Part shown: one piece after another, positions 7,905 through 17,394 of the stretch
How the letters are laid out: every line of letters begins with the position of its first letter
Numbering within the stretch: the first letter of the stretch is position 1
From: Candidatus Micrarchaeaceae archaeon
GTDB lineage: Archaea; Micrarchaeota; Micrarchaeia; Micrarchaeales; Micrarchaeaceae
DNA length: 28,308 bases
Direction of reading: 5' to 3'
Assembly (NCBI GenBank): GCA_050013715.1
Contig: JBEKES010000009.1
Location: forward strand, 1 to 28,308
Notes under the pieces: generated by a model
The model's input: the letters and a program-made list of their open reading frames with translations, nothing else
What the model was told of the DNA's origin: nothing
Database searches by the model: none
Position numbers and translations under genes: made by a program

Positions 7905-8141
7905 ATGCAGAGCAGCGATGATGAGATAATAAAAAGGATAGAAAAGGACATAGCCCTATTCAATGACAACATAAAGGGCATAAGCTCCAAGGACAAGGCA
8001 ATGGCCCGTGTCATAGAGCTATCGAAGATGTACGCAAAGGACTCGAAGAGCTATCTTGACAAGAAGGACTTCTATACCTCTTTCTCATGCATAAGCTACG
8101 CCCACGGCCTTCTGGATGCCCTAAAGGATATAATGAAATAG
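7905..8141 (+). CDS. DUF357-domain protein
   Basis: YAKDSKSYLDKKDFYTSFSCISYAHGLLDA signature. Confidence 0.85.
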   Translation: MQSSDDEIIKRIEKDIALFNDNIKGISSKDKAMARVIELSKMYAKDSKSYLDKKDFYTSFSCISYAHGLLDALKDIMK

Positions 8142-8148
8142 TGTTCAA

Positions 8149-9243
8149 ATGTACAAAGAAGGCAAAGCAATTATAAAATATACAAAGGATTCGTTCCTAA
8201 ATGCTGATGGCGCAGTTTCCCGTGACATCAGCGTTGCGTTCATATCCAACTTTGCTGACAAATCTACAAAAATAGTGGATGCGACATCAGCAACAGGATT
8301 GCGCGGCATTAGATACTATCTTGAAACTCCTTCCAGAGACATTACATTCCTTGAGATAAACAAAAAAGTTTTCAATTCTCTCAAAAAGAACGTAAAATTC
8401 AACAAGGTAAAGGCAAATGCGCTGCATAGGAGCATACAGGAATTTGCAAACAACTTCGAAGAGCGATTCGACATTATAGACCTTGACCCCTTTGGCGGCG
8501 TAACTCCGTACATATACGATTTGTTGAAGATGTGCAAGGATAATTCCTATCTTCTGGTAACTGCAACTGATTCTGCTGTGTTATGCGGTGCTGATTTCAA
8601 GGCTTGTATGAGATTGTACGACGCACGGCCCATGCACAATGAGCTTTGCCAGGAAGCTGCGCTTAGAATACTTATAGGATACATAGCAAGAATAGCTTCG
8701 CAATTCAATTTCGGGGTTGAGGTGCAGCTTTCCTTTTCTTACATGCACTACACAAGAGTATTCCTGAAGCTGCATCACGGTTCAAACGAATCGCTAGAAT
8801 CCATAAAGAAAATGGGTTACATCTATTATTGCGGCAAATGCGGCTACAGGAATATTAAGAATTCGTTCTTTCCTGTTATGCAGAAGTGTCCCAGCTGCAG
8901 GAACGAGATTGAAGTGTCGGGAAAGCTCTGGGCAGGCAATATCTACGATTACGATGTCATAAAATCAATGATAAAGCATATTAACAATGGCTCTAATTTC
9001 AACGAAAAATCAGCCAAGTTCCTTCAGGGGATATCAGACGAAGCTGATGCTCCTCTTTACTATTCTATGCCAATGCTCACGAGAAAAATGGGCATTGGTT
9101 CTGTAAGCCACAACAAGGTAATCATGCTCCTAAAAAAGAAAGGCTTCATGGCATCAACGACTCATCTTGAAAAAGCGGCGATAAGGACAAATGCTGACAT
9201 TGAGACTATAAAAAAATACATAAAAAACGCATCAAAGGATTAA
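8149..9243 (+). CDS. trm1: tRNA (guanine26-N2)-dimethyltransferase
   Basis: SATGLRGIRY, IDLDPFG, VTATD, LRILIG motifs, CxxC...CxxC zinc knuckle, TH...IRTNA. Confidence 0.93.
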   Translation: MYKEGKAIIKYTKDSFLNADGAVSRDISVAFISNFADKSTKIVDATSATGLRGIRYYLETPSRDITFLEINKKVFNSLKKNVKFNKVKANALHRSIQEFANNFEERFDIIDLDPFGGVTPYIYDLLKMCKDNSYLLVTATDSAVLCGADFKACMRLYDARPMHNELCQEAALRILIGYIARIASQFNFGVEVQLSFSYMHYTRVFLKLHHGSNESLESIKKMGYIYYCGKCGYRNIKNSFFPVMQKCPSCRNEIEVSGKLWAGNIYDYDVIKSMIKHINNGSNFNEKSAKFLQGISDEADAPLYYSMPMLTRKMGIGSVSHNKVIMLLKKKGFMASTTHLEKAAIRTNADIETIKKYIKNASKD

Positions 9244-9360
9244 TAAATCAATAGGTCTTGCTTCCGCTTCTTGCCCATTTTTCAAATTTATGGCACAACA
9301 AATAAATACTACTTATTAGACAATAATTATTGAAGTCGTTCTGTGGGTTTATAAGAGATT

Positions 9361-9762
9361 GTGAATGAAATGGAAGCTATACCGGAACAATGCGGTAATT
9401 GCGGAGCGAAAGTGTACGAATTCTCTAGCAAAGAGGCAGCAAGCGACAATTCAATCTATTGCATAAAATGTGCAGAAGAATTGGACATGCAGTATTTGGC
9501 AAAAAACGTATGCTCTGTGTGCACAAGGCTAATGGAGCACAATGAGGTAAAGCTCGTAATGCCGTCCAGGCTTTACAGCAATTACTTCTTCGACAAACTG
9601 CCGATAGAAACAAGATTGATGTGCACAGCTTGCTACAGAAAAGCGGAAAGCCTCGACTTGGTAAGAAAGCCTTTGGTCAAAATAAACCAGATAAGGCTCA
9701 AGTTGAAGAGGACTTTTGCAAAAAGAATTCTGCAAAGGAATGTTCTAAAAGTAAGAAACTGA
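9361..9762 (+). CDS. Hypothetical protein with four CxxC pairs (double zinc finger)
   Basis: CGNC, CIKC, CSVC, CTAC; basic C-terminus; start may be the ATG at 9370. Confidence 0.7.
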   Translation: MNEMEAIPEQCGNCGAKVYEFSSKEAASDNSIYCIKCAEELDMQYLAKNVCSVCTRLMEHNEVKLVMPSRLYSNYFFDKLPIETRLMCTACYRKAESLDLVRKPLVKINQIRLKLKRTFAKRILQRNVLKVRN

Positions 9763-10419
9763 TTACTTTCTTGCACTTACCGATATCATGTGGAACTCCT
9801 TATCGAAGCCTATAGCCTCCTTGAAGACCTGAGGCTCCATTGTTATGGTGCTATCTGAATAAGGATCGTTTATGTAGAATGTGTCCTTGTCGTAGCCTTT
9901 TACCACTACCCAGTGCGGTGATGGCTCAAGGTAAGGATTCAATACATTGGCATTTACAAGAACTATTGGTATTCTGCCGCTGTTGAGCTGCTTCTTTATG
10001 CTCTGCACTGTTGTGGTGCCGAATATCTCCTTTATCTTCAATGCCTTTGCCTTTTCCTTTATCTCATTGAATGAGGAAGTAAGAGTGTCAAGATTGATTC
10101 CTTCATAAACTGCTAATCTTTTCTCGTAGCCTTCATCCTTTGCATTGCTTATTATCTGGGGCTTTGCGCCGCGTTTCGCCAATGCATAGGCAAGACCGTA
10201 TCTTGAGCCATGCCATACGCTGCCGTTGACTGCTTCCTGCCAAATTTGGAATTCTGTTTCCTTCTTCATTTTAAGATTCTTATTGAGATACTTTAGCACC
10301 ATGAGTATTGATGCGGCGGAGCTTGTGAACTCTTCCGTTTGCGCATAATTCGGTATGTCATATATCTTCGATTCCCTAGCCCTTGTCTTTTTCTCAGTTT
10401 TTTTCTTTGCTTTTGCCAT
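9763..10419 (-). CDS. Peptidase C39-like (DUF3335-like) protein with Ser at the expected catalytic Cys
   Basis: IPNYAQTEEFTSSAAS, GLAYALAKRG, PHWVVV.G, INDP motifs; ATG at 10419 follows GGGTG (the track start at 10443 overlaps the tRNA end). Confidence 0.8.
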   Translation of the reverse strand: MAKAKKKTEKKTRARESKIYDIPNYAQTEEFTSSAASILMVLKYLNKNLKMKKETEFQIWQEAVNGSVWHGSRYGLAYALAKRGAKPQIISNAKDEGYEKRLAVYEGINLDTLTSSFNEIKEKAKALKIKEIFGTTTVQSIKKQLNSGRIPIVLVNANVLNPYLEPSPHWVVVKGYDKDTFYINDPYSDSTITMEPQVFKEAIGFDKEFHMISVSARK

Positions 10420-10442
10420 TTTTAACACCCTTATTGATAACA

Positions 10443-10542
10443 TGCAGGGAGGGAGATGTGTTCAATTCCTTTTTGAACTCCCGTAGACCTAAGCCAACGG
10501 ATCTTGAGTCCGTCGCGTTTGACCGAGCTCCGCCATCCCTGC
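10443..10542 (-). tRNA. tRNA-Leu(CAA) with a 15-nt intron at position 58/59 (10458-10472)
   Basis: GCAGGGA/TCCCTGC acceptor, ACGGA-CTCAAGA-TCCGT anticodon arm, long variable arm; removing AAAGGAATTGAACAC restores GGGAG-TTCAAAT-CTCCC; BHB motif present. Confidence 0.93.
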
Positions 10543-10786
10543 ACATTTATAAGTTTTATTACATTATGATTTAAAGGTTTGTAATTCCCCATTGTTTTTT
10601 ATCACAATGCTAGTATAGCCCTCTCATAATATATATACCTTTCCATGTATTTTAGGGCTTGGTTTATAAAGCTTACGACGGTAAAATTTGTTACATTTTC
10701 CCAAAAAAGTGTCGTAATTATTGTTGGAATTTATGTGTGTGATAAGCTGTATTTATTGTTAAACAATAATCTTATTCATCTATTTA

Positions 10787-11200
10787 TTATCTAATAATTG
10801 AAAGATCTCCATTAATTACAATGGGCTTAACTGCTTCTATCTCACTTTTGCAATAAGACATTTCAGGTATTGGATTCCACATAAATATCTTTTGATCTAA
10901 TACATGTGCAAAACCAATTTCCATAAGGGTATTTCCACCAACATAGTTCTTGATTCCATTTTTGTCAAAATTTAGAACCAAAACTGCATCTGCACCTTGC
11001 ATTTCTTTCCAAAATAACCTAATTGCATCTAAATTATACTTTTGGTAAAGTTTGATTTTCTCTATTTCATTTGGATCTTTCTTAATCAGATCCTTATGCA
11101 AACTTGTCATGAATGCATCATGTCCTAAAGCGATAAGTTCGTCACGAACTTCTATCATTTTATCAGTAAATTGCATCGATGCTATTATTCCAATTCTAAT
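10787..11200 (-). CDS. Nucleoside 2-deoxyribosyltransferase-like protein; probable ATT start
   Basis: ADAVLVLN...YVGGNTLMEIGFA motif; the N-terminal strand RIGIIASMQF lies upstream of the tracked ATG (11176); AGGTG is 5 nt before ATT. Confidence 0.75.
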   Translation of the reverse strand: MRIGIIASMQFTDKMIEVRDELIALGHDAFMTSLHKDLIKKDPNEIEKIKLYQKYNLDAIRLFWKEMQGADAVLVLNFDKNGIKNYVGGNTLMEIGFAHVLDQKIFMWNPIPEMSYCKSEIEAVKPIVINGDLSIIR

Positions 11201-11219
11201 TTAAACACCTATAAATTAA

Positions 11220-12359
11220 TTAAATATTATTTTTACTAACGTTTTTTGCCAATAAATCAAATTTGTTGAAGAATACGTCCCAAGAATAATGTCGCTCTAC
11301 TCTTCTTCTTGCCTCCTTTCCTATTTTTTCTGCTATGCTTCTGTTTTCTATTATAAACTTCATCTTTCTTGCCATTTCCTCTTCAGAATTGACAAGAAAT
11401 CCGGTTTTTGCATTTATTATAGTTTCTTTTGGGCCTCCTTCATTTACTGATATTACCGGCTTGGAGCTTGCCATGCCCTCAAGTGGCACTATGCCAAGAT
11501 CTTCATTTATTGCTGTGAAAAGAACTGCTGTGCACCTTGAATAAAGTTCTTTCATTTTTTCATCTGTTGGATTCAAAACAAATTTAACATCTTTTGCTCT
11601 TTTTGCCTTTAATTTTTTGTAATAGGTTTCAAAATCATCGTATCTTTTTGAAAGGCCGCCTGCTATTATGAGCTTGTAACCTTTTATTCTTGTGATTTTG
11701 CAAAATCTCTGGAACGCTTCTATTGCGTATTCCTGCCTTTTCTGCTCTGCGATTCTTGAAGGATATAGAAAATACTTGTCATAGCCTTCGTTTATGAAAT
11801 CTTTGGGCTCAACTCCTGGTGTTATTACAGTTGCATTTCTGTTGAATATGCTTTTTATCTTTGCCTTCGTGTTGTCGCTGTTTGTCGCAATTGCCTCCGT
11901 GTACTTTACTACCTTGTTTTCTATTTTTGAGTATATTCCGGAAAAGCTCTTGTAAAGAACTTTTTCCTTCAAAGTTTTTTTCCTTAAATTCGCAACTGTT
12001 GGATCATATAACTCTCTTGGAGGTGTATGGCAGTACCACAGCGCCCTCGGATTCCTGTTCCTTATCCATTCGCTTGGTGAACTGTGCGGATTCACAACAT
12101 CATAGTCTTCAGGTATCTTGAAATTGTAGAAATTGAAACCATAGTAAACTGCATTGCCAACTCTTGGTGGAAGGCTATTGCTTACAAGTCCTTTTTTGCT
12201 GAACACTCTTACATCTAAATCTTTGAATTCCTCAAAGGTACCATTCTTGTCGTAGCCGAGTGTGTATATCGGTGCATCATAACGTTGTGCTATCTTCAAA
12301 AGAACTTTCTCTGCTCCTCCCCTTTCATTAAGGTTATGATGCGTAACAACAAGTTTCAT
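11220..12359 (-). CDS. Glycosyltransferase family 4
   Basis: GGAEKV, YCHTPPR, EDLGIVPLEGMASSKPVI, GGPKETI motifs. Confidence 0.92.
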   Translation of the reverse strand: MKLVVTHHNLNERGGAEKVLLKIAQRYDAPIYTLGYDKNGTFEEFKDLDVRVFSKKGLVSNSLPPRVGNAVYYGFNFYNFKIPEDYDVVNPHSSPSEWIRNRNPRALWYCHTPPRELYDPTVANLRKKTLKEKVLYKSFSGIYSKIENKVVKYTEAIATNSDNTKAKIKSIFNRNATVITPGVEPKDFINEGYDKYFLYPSRIAEQKRQEYAIEAFQRFCKITRIKGYKLIIAGGLSKRYDDFETYYKKLKAKRAKDVKFVLNPTDEKMKELYSRCTAVLFTAINEDLGIVPLEGMASSKPVISVNEGGPKETIINAKTGFLVNSEEEMARKMKFIIENRSIAEKIGKEARRRVERHYSWDVFFNKFDLLAKNVSKNNI

Positions 12360-13564
12360 TTGAATACCCTCTTTTGATATTTGTCAAATTTTGCCATCTT
12401 TCTTTTGTCAACGCCCTTTATGTTTGCTATATTTGCAGGTATGCTAAATGTTTCTGCAATTACGCTAGCAGTTGTCAATTTTGATATTGCATCTTTATCT
12501 CCTGACAATGCCGCTTCTATAAATGTAGGTATATTAACCAATGATTGGTAACCTTTTGCTTTTACATTTTTGTTGAATGATTTTGGCAATATTACGAGAA
12601 GCGGTACTTTTATCATTTCATCATATATTACGGTTCCGTGTCCTATGAAACCATACTCACCGAACAACTGTCCATGATCTGAGGTAAGTATTATTATTTG
12701 GTCATCTCCAAATCTTTCCAGCAAATTCCTTATCAATTCTGTGCCATATCTCATTGCTTTGATTGATGCTTTATCGTATAATTTTCTCCAAGAGTGAAGT
12801 AGCTTCTGGTCTGTTTCCTTTTTCAAGAACGGAGTGACCCAATTGAAATCCTTTCCTTTAGCTCCTATATAAGGGTCATGAGCCTCCATGAAATTTACAA
12901 ACAGGAAGAACGGCTGCTTAAATTCAAGATTTCTTATAGTCTTTAGTATACTGCTTCCTCCTTTCTCAACTGGCCAGCCATCTATGAATTTCGCCTTTAT
13001 CTTTTTCATTGCTGCTTTTGGAGTAAGCATTGTTGCGCTTAATGCAAGGTCAAGAAATAATTTAGGATCCTCTTTTGCAACAGCATGCGAAAGTTTCAAC
13101 ACATCACTACCGTAGAGGTTCCTGTACTTTGCTATTCTTGGTTTCAACTCATTAGATACCTCTATAACGCTTCCAAACAAATCTGTGAAATATGATTCTG
13201 CTATGTAAGTATCGAATCCTTTAAATCCATAGACTGGATGTATGTAAGGGTTAGCTGAAATCCCGTATGTTGAATATCTCATATCTTTAAACTTTTCAAG
13301 TATAGTTCGCTTGGTGAGTTTTATCCTATCTATGTCAAGAGATTTTATCTCTTTTGTTTCATGACATTCGTGCTCCGATTGGTATAAACCGGTAAATAAT
13401 GAAGCATGTGAAGGAAGTGTCCAAGATCCAGGTGCAATGCAATTCTCGAATCTTACTGCATTGAAATTCTTTATCATGTTCGGGTTCTGGGAAATAATCC
13501 TGTTGAACATTTCAAGCTTCAGTGTATCCAAAACGATTATCGATACGTTAAGTTTCCTTTTCAA
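12356..13564 (-). CDS. Sulfatase-like hydrolase/transferase (alkaline phosphatase superfamily)
   Basis: IVLDT, WTLPSHASLFTG, FMEAHDPY, TSDHGQ, GHG motifs; TTG start after GGTG+5 nt. Confidence 0.9.
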   Translation of the reverse strand: MKRKLNVSIIVLDTLKLEMFNRIISQNPNMIKNFNAVRFENCIAPGSWTLPSHASLFTGLYQSEHECHETKEIKSLDIDRIKLTKRTILEKFKDMRYSTYGISANPYIHPVYGFKGFDTYIAESYFTDLFGSVIEVSNELKPRIAKYRNLYGSDVLKLSHAVAKEDPKLFLDLALSATMLTPKAAMKKIKAKFIDGWPVEKGGSSILKTIRNLEFKQPFFLFVNFMEAHDPYIGAKGKDFNWVTPFLKKETDQKLLHSWRKLYDKASIKAMRYGTELIRNLLERFGDDQIIILTSDHGQLFGEYGFIGHGTVIYDEMIKVPLLVILPKSFNKNVKAKGYQSLVNIPTFIEAALSGDKDAISKLTTASVIAETFSIPANIANIKGVDKRKMAKFDKYQKRVFK

Positions 13565-13590
13565 CAGAACACCAAATTCATAATATAAAG

Positions 13591-14643
13591 CTACTTGAAT
13601 ACGCTAAGCAGCTCGTCCTTATTCTTAAACACGTCCCTTACTGGCTCAACAATGGATATTATAGCATCTGCAACTCCGTTCTTCAAATCCACAGGATGCA
13701 GTTTTCCGTTCCTGTAATCATTTTCAAGATCCTTGTAATTTGTATAATAGATCTCATTTCCATATTCCTTCTTTCTATCTATATACAAACTTCCCTTTAA
13801 TGGCAATATGAGATATTGGCACAGCTCTAATACGGGATTGAATTCTATTACTTTTTCTGGGCACCAGGCAGATTTTATGGTTTTCTTTATCTCTTCATCT
13901 GTTGCTATTATTGGTATTGCTGAGCCTGGCTTTGATTTGCTCATTTTTGTTGCTACTACCTCTTCCTCCTTTGACATATCCTTCCCTAATTTTGGTGGTT
14001 CGGTAAGCGATTGCAGGAGATGATGATGCACAGGAACTATCTTCTTTAATTTCATGTCTTTGAAAATCTCTTTTGCAAGAACATGCACCTTTCTCTGGTC
14101 CATTCCTGCATGTGGTATATCCACATCCAATGCAAGTATATCATTAACCTGCATTATTGGGTATATGTATTGAGACACATGCAAAGTGTCTTTTTCGCTT
14201 CTTCCCTGTATTATTAAAGTTCTTGTTGCCCTTGCCATTGTGGTTCTGGCAGCAAATTTTATCATATCTTTCCAGTACTCATCATTGTTCCTGTATAAAT
14301 CCGAACCAAGTATTATCTTAGTATTTGGGCATACCTTTTCGAATGCCTTCTTATAGAATTCGGAAGCCTTTATTATCTTGTCCCAATCTCCTCCAAATTT
14401 GTTGTTTGCAATGGTGTGCCAGTCAGCGAGCAGTACCTGTGTCTTTATTCCTACGCTGTCAAAGTCGTTTATTTTCTTGCCTCCTACAAACAAATGGCCA
14501 AGATGCATCATGCCACTTATCTCAAGGCCTAGGTAATGCTTTGGATGGTCGTTGCCTTCCAGCAATGCCCTAAGCTCCTCATCCGTTATCACTTCCTTCA
14601 ACGGCTCGCTTTTTATTATCTCGAGCTTGCTTTCAATATCCAT
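13591..14643 (-). CDS. tyrS: Tyrosyl-tRNA synthetase (archaeal type)
   Basis: YLGLEISG..HLGH, LADWH, YPIMQVND, GMDQRKVH, KMSKS, LHPVDLK. Confidence 0.95.
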   Translation of the reverse strand: MDIESKLEIIKSEPLKEVITDEELRALLEGNDHPKHYLGLEISGMMHLGHLFVGGKKINDFDSVGIKTQVLLADWHTIANNKFGGDWDKIIKASEFYKKAFEKVCPNTKIILGSDLYRNNDEYWKDMIKFAARTTMARATRTLIIQGRSEKDTLHVSQYIYPIMQVNDILALDVDIPHAGMDQRKVHVLAKEIFKDMKLKKIVPVHHHLLQSLTEPPKLGKDMSKEEEVVATKMSKSKPGSAIPIIATDEEIKKTIKSAWCPEKVIEFNPVLELCQYLILPLKGSLYIDRKKEYGNEIYYTNYKDLENDYRNGKLHPVDLKNGVADAIISIVEPVRDVFKNKDELLSVFK

Positions 14644-14691
14644 AATATCTTGGCTCTCTCAAAGGATTTAAACCTAATGTATAATTAGAGA

Positions 14692-14901
14692 TTACTTGCT
14701 CCTGTTGTTTTTCTGCCTTTGTATGGAGACCAGCAATTCTGCCTTCGTTTGAGCATAGCAATTGGTGCACATGTTGTATTCCATTATGCTCTTCTTGTCG
14801 CTCATCGGCCCCTGCTGCAATCTACCTGCATAAATGTAATAGCAACTATCAACTGAGAGTTCTGCACCGCATATTTCGCATTTTAGATCTTCTATGCTTA
14901 T
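14692..14901 (-). CDS. Small zinc-finger protein (69 aa) with probable ATA start; absent from ORF track
   Basis: Hand translation (M)SIEDLKCEICGAEL...YNMCTNCYAQTKAELL...*; AGGTG exactly 5 nt before ATA; no in-frame ATG/GTG/TTG before the first CxxC. Confidence 0.7.
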   Translation of the reverse strand: MSIEDLKCEICGAELSVDSCYYIYAGRLQQGPMSDKKSIMEYNMCTNCYAQTKAELLVSIQRQKNNRSK

Positions 14902-15001
14902 TTCAACACCTTTAGATTAATTTATATTGCACTTTTATAAAATGATACTAGACAAAGAAAAACCTAAAAAATACTATTGTATTTAAATACTCCTAAAACA
15001 C

Positions 15002-15032
15002 ATATATTAAAGTTAAACTATATTAGTTTTAA
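15002..15032. promoter_or_regulatory. TATA-like box and palindrome (candidate PadR operator)
   Basis: AAACTA-TAT-TAGTTT at 15015-15029 directly after TATTAAAG, upstream of the PadR gene. Confidence 0.45.
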
Positions 15033-15048
15033 TCTATTTTGTGGTTAT

Positions 15049-15399
15049 TTGGAAAAAGGCAACTTCTTTGACAATGAAATGAAAAGCACCATGCTAAAGG
15101 TACGCATACTCAGGAGAATGGGCAAATCAGAGGTCAATTCCTATGCGCTTCTTAAGGAATTCACCAAATCCGGGAAATTCTCCAGCTTTTTCGGCACCTC
15201 CGAAAACATGAAGAATGAAGTCTATAATACTATAAAAAGCCTGGAGAAGTCAAAATACATAAAATCATCGCAAAAGATAGAGAACGGCCGCCTTAAGAAT
15301 TATTACACATTAACAGGCAAGGGAAAATTGGTATTGAAATCCACAAAGCATTTGTTTCAAAAACACTTGAAGAATCTTGCATTATTGTTTAATGAGTGA
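15049..15399 (+). CDS. PadR-family transcriptional regulator
   Basis: YALLKE...VYNTIKSLEKSKYI...RLKNYYTLTGKGK winged-helix pattern; TTG at 15049 more plausible than 14977. Confidence 0.8.
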   Translation: MEKGNFFDNEMKSTMLKVRILRRMGKSEVNSYALLKEFTKSGKFSSFFGTSENMKNEVYNTIKSLEKSKYIKSSQKIENGRLKNYYTLTGKGKLVLKSTKHLFQKHLKNLALLFNE

Positions 15400-15403
15400 T
15401 TTG

Positions 15404-16120
15404 ATGAAAGACGATAAAAATGACAAAAAAGCAAATTACTCTGTAGTTGTTAAAAATATTTCAAAAGTTTACAAATCAGAATCAATCGAAGTGGATGCGC
15501 TTATTGATGTTTCATTCTCGCTGAAGCAAGGTGAATTCGTTGCAATAGTTGGTCCATCAGGAAGCGGCAAATCAACGCTGATGCATTTGCTCGGCACCAT
15601 TGACAAGCCAACAATGGGTGAAATATACATAGATGGAATTGCTACCTCCGAAATGAGTGGTGACAAGCTTGCAGAGTTTCGCAACAAGAAACTTGGCTTC
15701 GTATTCCAGGCATTCAACCTTGTAAATGGACTTAATGCAGAAATGAATGTTGAATTGCCATTGATGGTAAGTCCAATGTCCTCATCGGAAAGAAGGGAAC
15801 GAGCAGATAAATTGCTGGTCCAACTGGGTCTTGGTGATAGGTTGAAATTAAAACCAACGCAATTATCTGGTGGACAACAGCAAAGAGTTGCCGTTGCACG
15901 TGCATTGGTAAATAATCCAGCACTTCTTCTTGCAGATGAGCCTACCGGAAACCTGGACACAAAGTCCGGTGATGAAGTAATAAAGCTTTTCAAGCAAATA
16001 AGTAGGGATCAGAACGTAACAACTGTAATGGTAACTCATAATCCTGACATAACAAAACAATGTGATCGCGTAATTCATATTAAAGATGGAAGAGTCGAAA
16101 AAATCGAGGTATTTAAATGA
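15404..16120 (+). CDS. ABC exporter ATP-binding protein (LolD/MacB type)
   Basis: GPSGSGKST, GFVFQAFNL, LSGGQQQRVAVARAL, DEPTGNLD, VTH; ATG at 15404 after GAGTG+5 nt. Confidence 0.95.
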   Translation: MKDDKNDKKANYSVVVKNISKVYKSESIEVDALIDVSFSLKQGEFVAIVGPSGSGKSTLMHLLGTIDKPTMGEIYIDGIATSEMSGDKLAEFRNKKLGFVFQAFNLVNGLNAEMNVELPLMVSPMSSSERRERADKLLVQLGLGDRLKLKPTQLSGGQQQRVAVARALVNNPALLLADEPTGNLDTKSGDEVIKLFKQISRDQNVTTVMVTHNPDITKQCDRVIHIKDGRVEKIEVFK

Positions 16121-17385
16121 GAAAAATAACAATATTTGGAATGCTTCTGCTGTTTGCAGTGTTTGCATCAGCATTTGCCTTTGCAGGAACCAGCGGGCCA
16201 TCACCAATTCCGCCACCGCCAAACTTTCAGTTGAGCACCAACGTGCTTAGCCTTTGCAAAGGAATGATAAATACGGTTCCAATATCAATCAAAACACCAG
16301 TGGGTGCATCGCTCATGCAGGATGTCCAGCTCAGCATAACCAATTCAAGATACGCATATACTGTGGGCAACGGGACCATCAGCGCAGTCAACGTAAGCGC
16401 AAACAAGACAAATACAGTAAACATGAAAATATTCACAAGCCTCAACAGCAGCTCACTTATCTCTGTTGGTGTGGCAATAAACTATCAATATGATACACTT
16501 TATTCTGACAGCGAAGTGAGGAACATAAGCTTCGGTGTGGAAAGCTGCCCATCAACTCTTTCCATAGGTGTTCATCCTGGGGTTCTCACCTCTGGGAAAA
16601 TAGAGAACATAACATTCAATCTTACAAATACGGGAAACACAACTCTTAATTATCTTTCAATGCACGCAGCGTTGCCTAGCATTGATGGAACATTCCTGGG
16701 GCAACAACCAATTCAGGTGAGCTCAATTGCTCCACACAGCACTGCAAAAGTGAATGAGGATGTTTTCGTATACAGCAACGCAACGCAATCATTCCCGATA
16801 AATCTTACGGTAAGCCTTTACAACGGGACAAGTCTTGAGCAGATAAACCAGAACCCGATTGTATTATCAACTGGAATAATAAACATAACTCCGTCAAGCC
16901 TTACGGTATCTCCATCAGTTCCAACACCCGGAAGCATATTCTCAATGTCTTTCGTTCTTACCGATGTGGGAACATCTAAAGCTGCAGCTGTAACTGCAAC
17001 TGCACTTGTGCCAAAGGGCTTCGCACCCTACGGATCCAATTCCGTGTTTGTAGGGGACATGCAGGTTGACAGCCAGACTCCTGTAACGCTTACGCTTACG
17101 GCCCAGAGCACACTGAAGAGCGGCAATTATACAATACCAGTAAGGATAAACTACCTCAACACATTAAGAGAAAATCTAAGCACTATCATAAACGTGCCTG
17201 TGCAAATCGCTAGTGTATCAACCTACAATTCAATAAGGGGGGCGATAAACGGAACAACCACAACGTATTCCCATTCAAGAGGCGGCAACGCATTAATAAT
17301 AGTTATATTGCTGATAATTGCCGTTGTTGTACTGCTTGTATTGTTCCTAAAAGAGAGAAAGCACCGCAAGCTGCATTCAAAATAG
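16117..17385 (+). CDS. COG1361-like S-layer-domain protein associated with the ABC exporter
   Basis: Signal peptide, Ig-like repeats (LTNTGN, LTDVG, GNYTIPVRINY), C-terminal TM anchor with basic tail. Confidence 0.8.
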   Translation: MRKITIFGMLLLFAVFASAFAFAGTSGPSPIPPPPNFQLSTNVLSLCKGMINTVPISIKTPVGASLMQDVQLSITNSRYAYTVGNGTISAVNVSANKTNTVNMKIFTSLNSSSLISVGVAINYQYDTLYSDSEVRNISFGVESCPSTLSIGVHPGVLTSGKIENITFNLTNTGNTTLNYLSMHAALPSIDGTFLGQQPIQVSSIAPHSTAKVNEDVFVYSNATQSFPINLTVSLYNGTSLEQINQNPIVLSTGIINITPSSLTVSPSVPTPGSIFSMSFVLTDVGTSKAAAVTATALVPKGFAPYGSNSVFVGDMQVDSQTPVTLTLTAQSTLKSGNYTIPVRINYLNTLRENLSTIINVPVQIASVSTYNSIRGAINGTTTTYSHSRGGNALIIVILLIIAVVVLLVLFLKERKHRKLHSK

Positions 17386-17394
17386 GTATTATGG

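Noticed and set aside
10383..10574. Plus-strand 63-aa ORF
   Set aside because: Antisense to tRNA-Leu; no protein-like features.
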